Shown: positions 29,291 through 38,364, counted from the first letter of the stretch. The stretch: DNA of 64,000 nt from an uncultured delta proteobacterium (GCA_963765675.1 CAVXXK010000004.1:192001-256000), one strand, 5' to 3'. The notes: generated from the letters alone by a model not told the origin. Translations and numbers: made by a program.

Positions 29291-30481
29291 GTGCGGTTCA
29301 AGTCGGATTTCTTTAAGGAACAATTCCGCGCAGTGGAAAAGGATCAGCGCCAGGGAAAGCCGCCGCGGCAGACACGCGAGTTTGATTTTTTGCTCGCCGC
29401 GGTTCGGCGATTCTTTCGGCCGGATTCGCTTCTTCCTTCGCCGGAACGGCTGGATTGGAGCGAAATCCTGCGCCTCGCCGATCGTCATGCGGTCACAGCG
29501 TTTCTATGCCATTCCTGCCCAAACCCAGAACTCAGAGACATCGCGATCGAGGCGGCCCGGTTCAACCTGACCCTGAGCGCGGAACTGCTCAAGCTGCTGG
29601 ATTTGTTTGAACAACAGGCTATCGGCGTAATTTCTCTCAAAGGGCCAGTGCTGGGCGTTGCGCTATACGGAGACGAGGCACTTAAAACGTCCTCCGATCT
29701 CGATCTGCTCGTCCATCCGCGCGACGCGCTGTGCGCCATACGCGCGATGCTGGCTGCCCGCTACCGTCTGACATCCGTTCAGCACTGGTCTGACGATGGA
29801 GCTTACCTCCGCGACCTGAACGGCGAGCTTTCTTTCAGCGGTCCTACAGGCGCCTTGAAGATTGACCTCCACTGGCAACTGCTTCCAACGTATTATCCGG
29901 CCTTGTTCGATGAGGCTGAGCTCTGGGGAAAGCTGCGCCCGGTATCGTGGGGCTCCGGTCACGCACTGACCCTCGCGCCCGAACATCTGTTGTTGTTTCT
30001 GTGCGCGCACGGAACAAAGCACTCGTGGGAAAGGTTGGGATGGCTCTGCGATACGGCTCGGCTGATCCAAGTGGAGCCCGACCTCAGCTGGCCCGAGGTT
30101 TTTGCGCATGCGCGCCGGACCGATACATCGCGGATGCTCTCGCTGGGTCTTCTACTGGCATCGGATCTGTTGGGCGTGGACCTCCCGCGGGCAGCGCTCG
30201 AGTTGGCGGATACCGATGCGCGCACCCGAGCTTTAGTTGAGGCGGCGCGGGAGCGGCTTCGCGCCGATGGTCCCATTTCTGCCCTGGAGGCTGTGCGATT
30301 CCCTGCTCGAGCTTTTGAACAGAGCCAGCACCGGATGCGGCTGATCGCCGGAATGGTTTGCCAGCCGACCGAGGCCGAGTACCGCGCGCTCAAGCTGCCG
30401 CCGGGCTTGTACTGGCTATATTACCTGTTCCGGCCGATGCGCTTAGCGGTCAAGTACAGCAGACGATTCATCGGCCGCTAG
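29291..30481 (+). CDS. Nucleotidyltransferase family protein (NTP_transf_5-like, lasso-cluster associated; start uncertain)
   Basis: SLKGPVL, SSDLDLLV, IDLHW, LCAHG..H.W.RLGWLCD. Confidence 0.85.
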   Translation: MRFKSDFFKEQFRAVEKDQRQGKPPRQTREFDFLLAAVRRFFRPDSLLPSPERLDWSEILRLADRHAVTAFLCHSCPNPELRDIAIEAARFNLTLSAELLKLLDLFEQQAIGVISLKGPVLGVALYGDEALKTSSDLDLLVHPRDALCAIRAMLAARYRLTSVQHWSDDGAYLRDLNGELSFSGPTGALKIDLHWQLLPTYYPALFDEAELWGKLRPVSWGSGHALTLAPEHLLLFLCAHGTKHSWERLGWLCDTARLIQVEPDLSWPEVFAHARRTDTSRMLSLGLLLASDLLGVDLPRAALELADTDARTRALVEAARERLRADGPISALEAVRFPARAFEQSQHRMRLIAGMVCQPTEAEYRALKLPPGLYWLYYLFRPMRLAVKYSRRFIGR

Positions 30482-30584
30482 GTGATGAGTTGGAATGGGC
30501 TGCGCGCGCACCTTGATGGATGAAAGGCAATGCGCTGGGCCGAAGCTGATTCTCAGGCAATAGACCTAACCCCTGTCCCCTTCC

Positions 30585-30804
30585 GAGGGTGTCGATAAAT
30601 GGCGAGTTCTTTTCCGTCATCCTGAACCCTTCGGCGCAGCTCAGGGCAGGCTCCGTGAAGGATCTCCGCGAAGCGATTAGTGCGAATGGCCCAGAAGGGT
30701 TGCACTAATCGCTTCGCGGAGATCCTTCACGGAGCCTGCCCTGAGCTGCGCCGAAGGGTTCAGGATGACGCCAATTGAGCGTCTGCGAGAAAATCGACAG
30801 CCTC
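30585..30804. mobile_element. 220-bp MITE-like insertion
   Basis: Terminal inverted repeats GAGGGTGTCGAT / ATCGACAGCCTC (11/12), flanked by CTTCC on both sides (30580-84, 30805-09); no coding capacity. Confidence 0.6.
30615..30770. repeat. Perfect 69-bp inverted repeat with 18-nt spacer
   Basis: Arms 30615-30683 (CGTCATCCTGAACCC...ATTAGTGC) and 30702-30770 are reverse complements. Confidence 0.92.
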
Positions 30805-31273
30805 CTTCCCGCACGAGGGAGGGAAATTCGGTGCGCGCCGACCCTCAAACGCGATCGGCACAGTGCCTGACTCCCCTTCCCGTGCGGGAAGGGGTCGGGG
30901 GTTAGGTCGGATGCACTCCTCGAAGCTCGAAGCGTTCGAACATGAAACGGTTTCGCGTTCGTGAGAGCGCGAAGAAAAGACCGACCTCTCCCGACGGCTT
31001 CGGCGCCACCTTCCCCGCACGGGGAGGGAAATTCGGCACTGGATCAGTTTGAAAAGAACCAGTGCCGGAAATTCGCTGCGCGCCGACCCTCAAACTCGAT
31101 CGGCGCAGTGCCTGACTCCCCTTCCCGTGCGGGAAGGGGTCGGGGGTAAGGTCGATTTTTTTTGGCGTGCTCGGGAGCCGGGTTCATTTTCCCCTAACGC
31201 GCGAGAGATGTATTGACTTTCTTGACACGGACGATCCGATTGCTTTGCTGACTATGCAGCGGCATTCTGAGGT

Positions 31274-31873
31274 TTGAGTATGGATGCTTGCGCACGTTTC
31301 AGCCGCGATCGCTATGTTGTGCTTCGAGGGTGGCTGTCTGATCCTCAGCTTTCATTTACTTACCGCTACGTCCGTAAAATGGAGCAGCGGGGATTCATGC
31401 GTCCCGGAGATGAGCAGGTTCCGGGAACGCCAGCCGGGTCCGGCGATTGGGTCATGGACGGCATGCTGAGTGACCTTCTGCCCGCGGTAGAAGCGGCCTC
31501 CGGCTTGCGCCTTTTCCCGACCTACGCCTATTTCCGCGTTTACAAGCCCGGAGACATTCTGAAGATCCACAAAGACCGGCCCTCGTGCGAAATCAGCATC
31601 ACGCTCTGCCTGGGCTATTCGGCGCCAATGCCCTGGCCGATTTGGATCGCGGGTCCCAATGGGCGCAGCGCAGTTTCACTGAAAGCAGGTGACGCCGTGC
31701 TGTACCGCGGGATGGAATGCGAGCATTGGCGTGAGCCATTCGAGGGCGACCACCAGGCGCAAGTCTTCTTGCATTACGTCGATCAGAATGGACCTTGCGC
31801 CAAGTGGAAATACGACAAACGGCCCGGCCTCGCGATTAGCACCAAGCCGTGGACCGTGCCCTCGACCGACTGA
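31274..31873 (+). CDS. 2OG-Fe(II) oxygenase superfamily protein
   Basis: LFPTYAYFRVY, HKD (HxD) RPSCEIS, distal His in CEHWRE, QVFLHYV. Confidence 0.78.
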   Translation: MSMDACARFSRDRYVVLRGWLSDPQLSFTYRYVRKMEQRGFMRPGDEQVPGTPAGSGDWVMDGMLSDLLPAVEAASGLRLFPTYAYFRVYKPGDILKIHKDRPSCEISITLCLGYSAPMPWPIWIAGPNGRSAVSLKAGDAVLYRGMECEHWREPFEGDHQAQVFLHYVDQNGPCAKWKYDKRPGLAISTKPWTVPSTD

Positions 31874-31877
31874 CCGC

Positions 31878-32546
31878 TTAAGACACAGGTTTCGATACTT
31901 CGCTCCCGGTCAGCGGAGCTTCCGGGCGGTCTTCTTCTGCCTGCGTAAACCAAGTCACGATCACGTACCGTTTTCCGAAGCTTACGGGTTGAGCCTCATG
32001 CAGCGTGTCCGATCGGAACGCCACCAGAAGCCCCGGTGAGGGATCGAGCGTGAAGGCGCACTTCGACCATTCCGGTCCATCCATGAGTTCGTAAAGCATC
32101 AGGCCGCCGCCGCCAAAGACCTCTGGCGCTGGTTCCTGTGATTGGGGGTTCAGAAATACAACTACCGAAACTCGCCGCGCTCTGATGTGATCCGGTGACT
32201 GCTCGCTGGCGTCACGGTGCGGACGATAAAATCCTCCTGCCTGGTAGATGAGGAAATCCGGTCCTTGGCATTTGCTGTTCAGTGAGACGCGAAAGTGCTC
32301 TTCCAGGCTTTGTTTGACGCCGCGGAGCCGCTCTCGAACCGAACGCTGCGTCTCTTTCCCCACGCGCGCGACGAGTACCTTGCGCGACTCCTCGTCCAGG
32401 AATCCCTCCTGTCCGTCCCTGATCACGGTCGCCTTTTCGAATGCTGAGGCGTCCATTTCTGATCGCAGGGCGGAACATGAATCCGCGCTCAGGAAGTCTT
32501 CGGCGACAAACAGACCAAGGTTCCGAAAGAAACGAGAGGAGGGCAT
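31878..32546 (-). CDS. 2OG-Fe(II) oxygenase, prolyl-4-hydroxylase-like
   Basis: FYRPHRD, VSVVVFLN, FGGGGL, TLHEAQPV, KRYVIVTWF. Confidence 0.85.
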   Translation of the reverse strand: MPSSRFFRNLGLFVAEDFLSADSCSALRSEMDASAFEKATVIRDGQEGFLDEESRKVLVARVGKETQRSVRERLRGVKQSLEEHFRVSLNSKCQGPDFLIYQAGGFYRPHRDASEQSPDHIRARRVSVVVFLNPQSQEPAPEVFGGGGLMLYELMDGPEWSKCAFTLDPSPGLLVAFRSDTLHEAQPVSFGKRYVIVTWFTQAEEDRPEAPLTGSEVSKPVS

Positions 32547-32603
32547 TGTCTCCCTTCGAACCTCCTACTGCCGCACATCCGCATCGGAGGGAAAATGACC
32601 GAG

Positions 32604-32762
32604 CTATGAATGATTATAGGGCTGAGCAGGAGGGGTGTCGCGCCTAGTGTAGGAGGGAGTGTTGGCTTCCGTGACGGTGCGCAGATTGCCGTAGGTTTCG
32701 AGCTTCGGCGGCGTGTAAGCCTTCTTGGTCCGCACGAGTTCACCCGAGTTGCGCTTTTCCAC
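32604..32762 (-). CDS. Lasso peptide precursor (A), 52 aa: MEKRNSGELVRTKKAYTPPKLETYGNLRTVTE|ANTPSYTRRDTPPAQPYNHS
   Basis: GGAGG RBS + GTG; exact YxxPxLxxxGxxxxxT leader motif; directly downstream of the cyclase. Confidence 0.9.
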   Translation of the reverse strand: MEKRNSGELVRTKKAYTPPKLETYGNLRTVTEANTPSYTRRDTPPAQPYNHS

Positions 32763-32797
32763 AGTTTTATTCCTCCCGTTTTCGCCGAGGATATGTA

Positions 32798-34613
32798 TCA
32801 GTTCTGAAACCAGCAATCTAGTGCCCGGGGAGCAAGGTCCCTGCGAAAAGAGATTCGGTCCGGATCTACCGATTTCGGAATCCGCTCCGGGAGTACATAC
32901 GCCCGGATTTGCCCGACACACGCCAGGTCGGGGAGCATTGACCCTCTCAGAACGTCCCATTCCGAATCGCCTCGCGGGGTCGACTTGGGCCGACGCCGGA
33001 CCGGCTCAGGCAGAATTCCTCGCATTGCTTGACGTTGTAAGTGCTTGATCCGGCACCAAGGCATAGCCGGAACCGCCAGCATGTAGCGAAGCAGGCGCAG
33101 ATCCACGAAGGGGAGCCGGGCCTCGAGCGCTGCCTTGGTACTCCCGGAGTCCAGCGCTTCAAAGAGAACTTGCCAAAAAGGCCCGGTGAAAGATTCGTAT
33201 GCGTCCGGGCGAATCGGATGTAGCGACCTCACTCTTGTCTGCCTGGCACGCTGCTCTTTCCACCGCACGCGCAAACCGTAGCGGGACTCGAATTCAGGAT
33301 TCAACCACGGGGGGAATGATGGAAGCTTATAGTCCGGGTCAAATCGTTCCCGAATCATTTTCGGGATGGAAAGCAGAAGTGGGATCCTGCGATGGGCTAT
33401 GACATGCCCGCAAATATCGCTCAGAGCGCGCAAATACCATCCACGGCCGAGCAGAAACTTCAAATAGGGCCTCCACTCGTAAATCAGCGCGTTATCAGAG
33501 CCTTCGCCAAAGAAGAATACGCGGCTATAGGAAGAAACCTGTTTGTACCAAGCCAAATTCTTAGTCAGATTCAAAGGGCTTGGGATAGGTTCAGGAGTAT
33601 GGATGGAAGTCCGGTTCCAGTTCGGGTCAACCGAATCGTCACCGCCGCCGACTCGAAAATGAATCGGAATTTTGAGGCGTTCGGCAACCATTGTTGCGTA
33701 ACGGCGGTCGTCGCTGTAATCGTCAAAAACCGACGTAAACGCATGCACCTCGAAATCTCTGCCCTGCTTGCGAAATAACGAACAGGCCGTCGCGGCTAGC
33801 GCGGTCGAGTCAAGGCCTCCGCTCATGAAGACGACTAGCGGGTTGGTCCGCAGCCGATCCTCGACGGCGGTGTTCAGCAACTCGCGGAATCGTTCGATGT
33901 AGTCGGAGCTTCGGCGGTAGTAAATTGGCTCGTCGATCGGCAGGGTCCAGTAGCGCTTGAGCGCGAATCCCTCCGGCGACCACGAGGCCGTGTGTGCTGG
34001 CGGCAGTCGCTGGATATCGGCGTAGACCGTCGTTCCAAATTCCTGGTTGAAACCGAATAGCAGGAAATCGCCGATGGCCAGATCGTTCAGCCGATCGGTG
34101 ATCGCCGGATGAATCCTCACCGTATCGAGAGTGTTGCTGATGACAACCGTTTGGCCGGATCTGCGCATAGAAAAACGGCTTGACGCCCAAATGGTCCCGC
34201 GCGCAAAACAGGCGCTTTCGCGGCGCATCCCAAATGGCAAAGGCAAAATCGCCGAGCAGGTGTTCGACGCAGCCCTCACCCCAGGCCTGATAGGCGCGCA
34301 GGATCAGCTCGACGTCGGGGACACCGCGCGCAACCTCATGGCCCTTCGATTTGAGGCCCGCGATCAGATCGCTCTGCGCGTCGATACGGGCGTCGGCGAC
34401 GATCCATATCTTGCCGTCGAGGCTCAGCGGCTGATGTTCATGCTCGGCCTCGTCGGTGGTCTTTAGGAGCGCATGGCCCAGGCCCGCCTGCCGGTCGATC
34501 CAGGTGTTCTGCGCGTCGGGGCCGCGAAAGGCCAGCGAATCCGTCATCCGCCGTAGTATTGCGGCGTCGATGGGCGCGCCATCGAGATTTACAATCCCGG
34601 CGATTCCACTCAT
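32798..34613 (-). CDS. Lasso cyclase (asparagine-synthetase-like C protein), split by an apparent +1 frameshift at ~34157
   Basis: N-part MSGIAGI..RGPD..GDFAFAIWD..CARDHLGVKPFFY; C-part SGGLDS, GEGSD, RLPFVD, RRPKS; deleting one base gives a 604-aa ORF. Confidence 0.88.
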
Positions 34614-34619
34614 GGAAGG

Positions 34620-34934
34620 CTATTCGGCTGAGGCCATGCCACCGGCGGATGGGCGCGGCGATATTTCGACCAATCCCTGCTCGAGGAGCTTGCCGATAAA
34701 CTCTTCCAAGTCGGTGCGGAGTTTGGCGGACTCGACTTCATACTCGGCGAGCAAAGCGCCGAAAGCCTCGTCGATCGAAGCCGACTTGGTCAGCAGCTCC
34801 CACATCCGGGTGCCGACGGGGTCGAGGCCAAGATAAAGCTCGGTCTTGAGGTTTAGGATCACGGCCTCATCGCCGACGGTTCGATACATCACGTCAGGAG
34901 AAGTGGTCACCCGATTCGTGAACGATATTGCCAT
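34620..34934 (-). CDS. PqqD family RiPP recognition element (lasso B1)
   Basis: GDEAVILNL..ELYLGLDPVGTRMWELL...EYEV...DLEEFIGKLLEQGLV. Confidence 0.92.
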   Translation of the reverse strand: MAISFTNRVTTSPDVMYRTVGDEAVILNLKTELYLGLDPVGTRMWELLTKSASIDEAFGALLAEYEVESAKLRTDLEEFIGKLLEQGLVEISPRPSAGGMASAE

Positions 34935-35353
34935 TAGCCATTTACCTCCCAGCCCATGAGTGGCGCGTAGCCGGCCACGTCAGGTCCCCCGAGAACAATT
35001 CGCTCGCCACATACCAGCCAGGCATGAGCGGCGAATAGTCCTCCCTCCTTGGCGATTCCAATCTCGATACGCGAGCGATGGTTCGAGCGCGCGAGCAGCG
35101 CCTGGGCGGCGAGCGCCTGGGTAAGACACGAAGCGGCTGGAACATAGCGGCTCGCGATTGTTACCGCCCGGACAATCTCATTCACAGAGAATTCGCCGCG
35201 CGAGGAATTGCGGAATCCAAGAATCTTCGCGCGAACGACGCGAAGCGGCAGAATCCACAATCCTGTCCGGACCGCGCCGACATAGACGAGCGCGCGGATC
35301 AGCAGACGGCGCTCGCTCGCAGGCATCGCGGCAAAACGCTTCAAGCGCCGCAT
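34934..35353 (-). CDS. Lasso leader peptidase (B2, transglutaminase-like)
   Basis: Start MRRLKRF; ASCLTQALA (Cys), IGI, AAHAWL (His). Confidence 0.9.
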   Translation of the reverse strand: MRRLKRFAAMPASERRLLIRALVYVGAVRTGLWILPLRVVRAKILGFRNSSRGEFSVNEIVRAVTIASRYVPAASCLTQALAAQALLARSNHRSRIEIGIAKEGGLFAAHAWLVCGERIVLGGPDVAGYAPLMGWEVNG

Positions 35354-36348
35354 GCCGCTTCCTCGGAGGTGCCGCGAACGTCGGCCAGGATCGCATCGCG
35401 CACCGCAGGCAGGTCTACGGCCACGCGCGAATGGCACAGCTTCATGAATCGCACCGTGTTGGCCAGGTTGGAAACCTGGGTGAAGTGGCGCTGAAGCCGG
35501 TCGGGAGTCAGGTGCAGGTGGTTGTAGGTGTTCCTCAGGAGTTCCAGAAAGGCCTGGCGCGGGTCGAGCGCAATCAGCCGAAGACTCTGTTTGCGCCGCG
35601 ACTCGCGCGGCGACTGGATCACGTAAATCGCTTTGAGCGGCACCGGCTCAGAGCAAAGCTGCTCGGGAAGCAGTGGCAGCACCAATTTCTTGGTTTGCGG
35701 GTTCATCGGTACTCCGGCGGCCTGGTCTCCCAGGAAACGGGAAGCCATCGCAGGAAACAACTTGATGCGCGGCGGACCCGGATAGGCCCGCAGCCCAGAG
35801 GCACTCCGCCGCAGCACCAGGAGGTCGTCGGTAACCAACTCATGACCGTCCGCGATGAAACAGGCAGCGAGAGTCGATTTGCCGAAACCCGAGTCGCCGA
35901 GAAACGCGATCGCCTGTCCGTTTACCACCACAGCGGTAGCGTGCAGAGGCTCAAGCCCCTGCTTGACCAATGCAAACGAGAGCGCCCGCTGCAGCAAATA
36001 TACCTGGAAGGATTCGGTGTGCGCACCGCGGAACTTGCGGCAATGCACACGGCGGCCGTCACTCGAAACAAGAAATTCTCCCAACCCTTCCCAGCGCGCA
36101 TAGCTGGAAAGATCCTCGAGGCCGGCGTATCGATACCAATCCTGGCGATTCTCATCGAAGCTCGCGCCGCGAATCGCCCGGGTGAAGAAGCTTGCGGGTT
36201 CGCTGCGAATCTCGATAGTCGCGTCGCCAGCTTGATTTCCCAGTTGTAGCCCCAGGGGAATCTCGCTGCGCAGCAATACTCCGTAGGAAGTATATTGATA
36301 TTTTGGCTCGAAGGGCCCCTTTGACCAGCGGCTCTTCGGTGATGCCAA
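35341..36348 (-). CDS. HPr-kinase-like lasso peptide kinase
   Basis: PLHATAV (His), P-loop GDSGFGKST, VTDDLL; first gene of the lasso operon. Confidence 0.85.
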   Translation of the reverse strand: MASPKSRWSKGPFEPKYQYTSYGVLLRSEIPLGLQLGNQAGDATIEIRSEPASFFTRAIRGASFDENRQDWYRYAGLEDLSSYARWEGLGEFLVSSDGRRVHCRKFRGAHTESFQVYLLQRALSFALVKQGLEPLHATAVVVNGQAIAFLGDSGFGKSTLAACFIADGHELVTDDLLVLRRSASGLRAYPGPPRIKLFPAMASRFLGDQAAGVPMNPQTKKLVLPLLPEQLCSEPVPLKAIYVIQSPRESRRKQSLRLIALDPRQAFLELLRNTYNHLHLTPDRLQRHFTQVSNLANTVRFMKLCHSRVAVDLPAVRDAILADVRGTSEEAACGA

Positions 36349-36581
36349 TGTAGCGGATGCTTCGGCGGTTCTGCGCGATCCCCGAAGAGTTGAATTCGGC
36401 TATCCCCGCCATAGCGCCTGTACTGCGATCAAGCTGCGTTTACAACACATGGGTCGGGAAGGATCGGCTCAATGATTCCTTCTTCGTCTTAGTACGACGC
36501 AATAGGCGGCAGTATAGAGTCTCAACCAGATGAGAACAAGCCATCAATGAACAATGATAGTCAACAACGCGCGTCAAAGAC

Positions 36582-37476
36582 TCAGCCAACGGCGGGACGA
36601 ACCTCGCGATCAAACCGATCGAGGAATGCGTCGAGCGCGCGCGGACCCGCAAGCGGCGTGATGAGCAGCTCGCCGATTCCGAGCTCCGCGTAGCGGTTGA
36701 GGTATTTCGCAAGCTCGGCCGGCGGCGCGAGGATTCCCTCGACGTAGCCTCCGGTCTCGGTCCATTTGTCGGCGAAGCCGATATACACGCGATGCGACAG
36801 CGCGAAGCCCTTCAGATCGCGCCCGATACGCGCTGCTCCCTCGCGCAGCCATTCGAGACGCACGGCGACCTGCTCGGGTTTCATCCGCGTGCCATGCCAT
36901 CCGTCGCCCAGCTCGATCGCGCGGCGAATTGCGCGGCGGCTGATTCCGCCGATCCAGAGCGGGATTGCTTCCGGCACTCGGGCGCGGACCGAAACGCATT
37001 CCCGAGAGCTTGAAAAACTCACCCGCGAACTCCGGCGTTTCGCCGGCCCAGCACGCGCGCATCAGGGCTATCGCCTCGTCGGTGTATGCTCCGCGGCGCT
37101 CGTACGGAGCGCCAAGTGCGCGAAACTCCTGCTCCAGCCATCCGCTGGCCAGACCCGCGATCACGCGGCCGCCCGAGAGCAAATCCAGCGTCGCGAGTTC
37201 CTTGGCAAGATGAATCGCGCCGCGATACGGCACCACGATCACGCTGGTCCCGAGCCGGATGGTCTTCGTCACCGCGGCGGCGTACGCGAGCGTGACGATC
37301 GGCTCCATGATCTCGACCGCCGAGATCGATGCGCCGGCGGCGGGCGTCAGCAAATGATCGCTGACCCACAACGAAGCGTAACCCGCGTCCTCTGCCCGCC
37401 GGGCAATTCGGGCGATATCCGCGGCGAGCTTTTCGTGCGCGGCGCCGATCTGGGGAAGATGCAGTCCGAGCTTCAA
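36582..37476 (-). CDS. LLM class F420-dependent oxidoreductase with an apparent +1 frameshift at ~36970
   Basis: N-part SLWVSDH, LAKELATLDLLSGGR; C-part in another frame IPLWIGG..AIRRA..GDGWH; 297 aa if one base is removed. Confidence 0.8.
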
Positions 37477-38364
37477 TGGTGTCCGGCTCCTTTAGGCGCT
37501 GACGCACCTTCCTTGATAATGGCCGAAGGTGCTGACGCACCTTCCTTGGCGAGCGCCTCGTCCATCGCGGTCAAAAGGACCTGCGCGACGCGGCATCCGG
37601 TTGGCACGTCAACCTTCAATTGAGCACTGGTCTCCCTGCACGCCTGCGCCATCTGGTTGTTGGCCAGCATTTGGTAAAGCTTTTTCTTGAAGGCCGGCGA
37701 GAGCGAAGTGTAAAGCTTCGCCGCCTGCTTCTGCTGCTCGGTGAAATGCTGCTGGCGCTGTATCGAATGGCGCAGCCCCAGATCGGTCGGGCACGGCGCG
37801 ATTTCGTACCACTCTCCATCCTGATAGGCGATTGGCCGGCCGATCGTGACCGCGCGGTCGTTAAGCGTAGTACTGATGTCCAACTGATGAGTCGGCATGA
37901 CCGGCAATGTGAATAGTTTGCTCTTACCCATGTCGGAGGCATCGAGCTCTTCGATCGTAATCTTGTACGATGGCGGAATCTGATCGCGCAACTGACGCTC
38001 GATCCATTCGTTGAGAAAAATCTCGTTCTTCTTGTTGAAGCAGGCAAGCGCCTTCGGCGCGATCAGCTTGCGAAGCGCGCCGGCAGTCGCCGTCATTCAC
38101 CGCCTTGACATAAGCGTCGGCGAATTTGAGCTGGGCGGGCGTCGGCGGGAATTGTGGCACCGGTGGCTCTTCGGGTTCATCGTGACGCCGTAGTGTGGGA
38201 GGAAGCGGATGGAGTGGTGGGGCGAAGCGAACCCCCGGCGGCAGCATGGGTCCGGGAATCGGCGTCGGGGAAGTCTGGGCGAAAGCCGGAGCGGAGGCGA
38301 GCACAATCGCAATCGCGCCTATTGAGATTCTACGGCCGTTGTTCAACATCAATCGCAATCGCAT
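37473..38364 (-). CDS. Secreted Pro-rich hypothetical protein with an apparent +1 frameshift at ~38085
   Basis: Signal peptide (APAFA|Q) ORF 37924..38364 joins ORF 37473..38096 (VNDGD/AGALRKLI) on removal of one base. Confidence 0.55.

Larger units (their letters stand above)
30562..31154. repeat. Cluster of REP-like palindromic units including an ~85-bp direct repeat
   Basis: Near-identical copies at ~30823-30909 and ~31068-31154 ending CCCCTTCCCGTGCGGGAAGGGGTCGGGGGT(T/A)AGGTCG; inverted partial copy GACCTAACCCCTGTCCCCTTCC at 30563. Confidence 0.8.

Noticed and set aside
30562-31154. Possible CRISPR array
   Set aside because: Units vary in length and orientation, lack regular unique spacers, and no cas genes are present; fits REP/MITE better.
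32798-34613. Ordinary asparagine synthetase, or two separate genes
   Set aside because: Ser replaces the catalytic Cys2, the context is B1/B2/precursor, and the two ORFs are contiguous halves of one protein.
23132-36580. Lasso cluster as a tRNA-Leu-integrated island
   Set aside because: No integrase and no duplicated tRNA 3' end seen; proximity to the tRNA alone is insufficient.
28150-36580. Additional lasso precursors
   Set aside because: I saw no second YxxPxL...T leader in the intergenic gaps by eye; a systematic short-ORF scan would confirm.
37498-37548. 18-bp direct repeat GCTGACGCACCTTCCTTG
   Set aside because: In-frame coding duplication (KEGASAP x2) in a low-complexity C-terminus; no sign of mobility.
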